Below the pieces are notes generated by a model. It searched no databases and was not told the DNA's origin. It saw nothing but the letters and a program-made list of their open reading frames with translations. The translations under genes were made by a program, and so were the position numbers. 64,000 bases of DNA from Octopus sinensis (taxonomy: Eukaryota): positions 18,910,001 to 18,974,000 of the forward strand of contig NC_043023.1 in the NCBI RefSeq assembly GCF_006345805.1. Direction: 5' to 3'. Shown here piece by piece: positions 63,115 to 64,000 of the stretch. Within the stretch, counting starts at the first letter, position 1. Every line of letters begins with the position of its first letter.

Positions 63115-64000
63115 GCCTGAATGGAAAACAAACATTAAAAGATGTAGGAAGTATTCTTCTGAATTTTTGTGAAATGTTAATCTTTGAAAATTTTTCCTCT
63201 TGTCATTTGTGACGAGGTTCTCTTGTCTTTTGAGACAAGTTCAAAATAAAGGAGTACGACAGGGTCCTTTGTCTCTGCCTGAATGGAAAACAAACATTAA
63301 ACGATGTCGGAAGTATTCTTAGCAAGGTGAAGCGCTTGTCCTTTGACATGCACAACAGCAACTAACATATCTCTGAACTCCATCTATGTGTTTTTTATTA
63401 TTGGTATTGTGTGTCTATACGGTGATTTGAACTCTTGTCTCTTGACAAACAGTAATTTTCGCAACTTCGGGGCAAAAATTTCTGAATTTTTGTGAAATGT
63501 TAATCTTTGAAAATTTTTCCTCTTGTCATTTGTGACGAGGTTCTCTTGTCTTTTGAGACAAGTTCAAAATAAAGGAGTACGACAGGGTCCTTTGTCTCTG
63601 CCTGAATGGAAAACAAACATTAAACGATGTCGGAAGTATTCTTAGCAAGGTGAAGCGCTTGTCCTTTGACATGCACAACAGCAACTAACATATCTCTGAA
63701 CTCCATCTATGTGTTTTTTATTATTGGTATTGTGTGTCTATACGGTGATTTGAACTCTTGTCTCTTGACAAACAGTAATTTTCGCAACTTCGGGGCAGAA
63801 AATTTCTGAATTTTTGTGAAATGTTAATCTTTGAAAATTTTTCCTCTTGTCATTTGTGACGAGGTTCTCTTGTCTTTTGAGACAAGTTCAAAATAAAGGA
63901 TTACGACAGGGTCCTTTGTCTCTGCCTGAATGGAAAACAAACATTAAACGATGTCGGAAGTATTCTTAGCAAGGTGAAGCGCTTGTCCTTTGACATGCAC
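63115..64000. repeat. 162-bp unit followed by ~323-bp tandem units
   Basis: CCTGAATGGAAAAC at 63115, 63278, 63601 and 63923. Confidence 0.9.

Larger units (their letters stand above)
59738..64000 (+). repeat. Segmental duplication copy B (runs off the window)
   Basis: Colinear with 42751-46690. Confidence 0.95.

Overview
Eukaryotic, AT- and microsatellite-rich genomic DNA. It is most consistent with a coleoid cephalopod (octopus-like), inferred from the repeat families and the finger-only C2H2 cluster. Genes: (1) a giant minus-strand C2H2 zinc-finger gene (ATG 21806, first in-frame stop 11989, about 116 fingers, over 100 with the identical helix QSGDLSR) built as an 84-bp coding minisatellite with higher-order repeats and many homopolymer frameshifts; (2) two near-identical plus-strand C2H2 genes (12 and 15 fingers) inside a recent duplication (42751-~46690 vs 59738->64000); (3) three minus-strand exons of an ankyrin-repeat + RING (Mind bomb-like architecture) gene, whose RING exon is absent from the ORF track. 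The rest is mobile and repetitive DNA: Penelope-like remnants, five intact-looking and two decayed type I hammerhead ribozymes next to (TA)n tracts, non-autonomous Helitrons, fold-back/MITE elements, a solo LTR, RTE and CR1-type LINE fragments, mariner fragments, tRNA-derived SINEs, a 95-bp satellite, a ~495-bp repeat with a fold-back inversion, several long hairpins and one 100-N gap. All calls were read by eye with no database searches; repeat boundaries are approximate.
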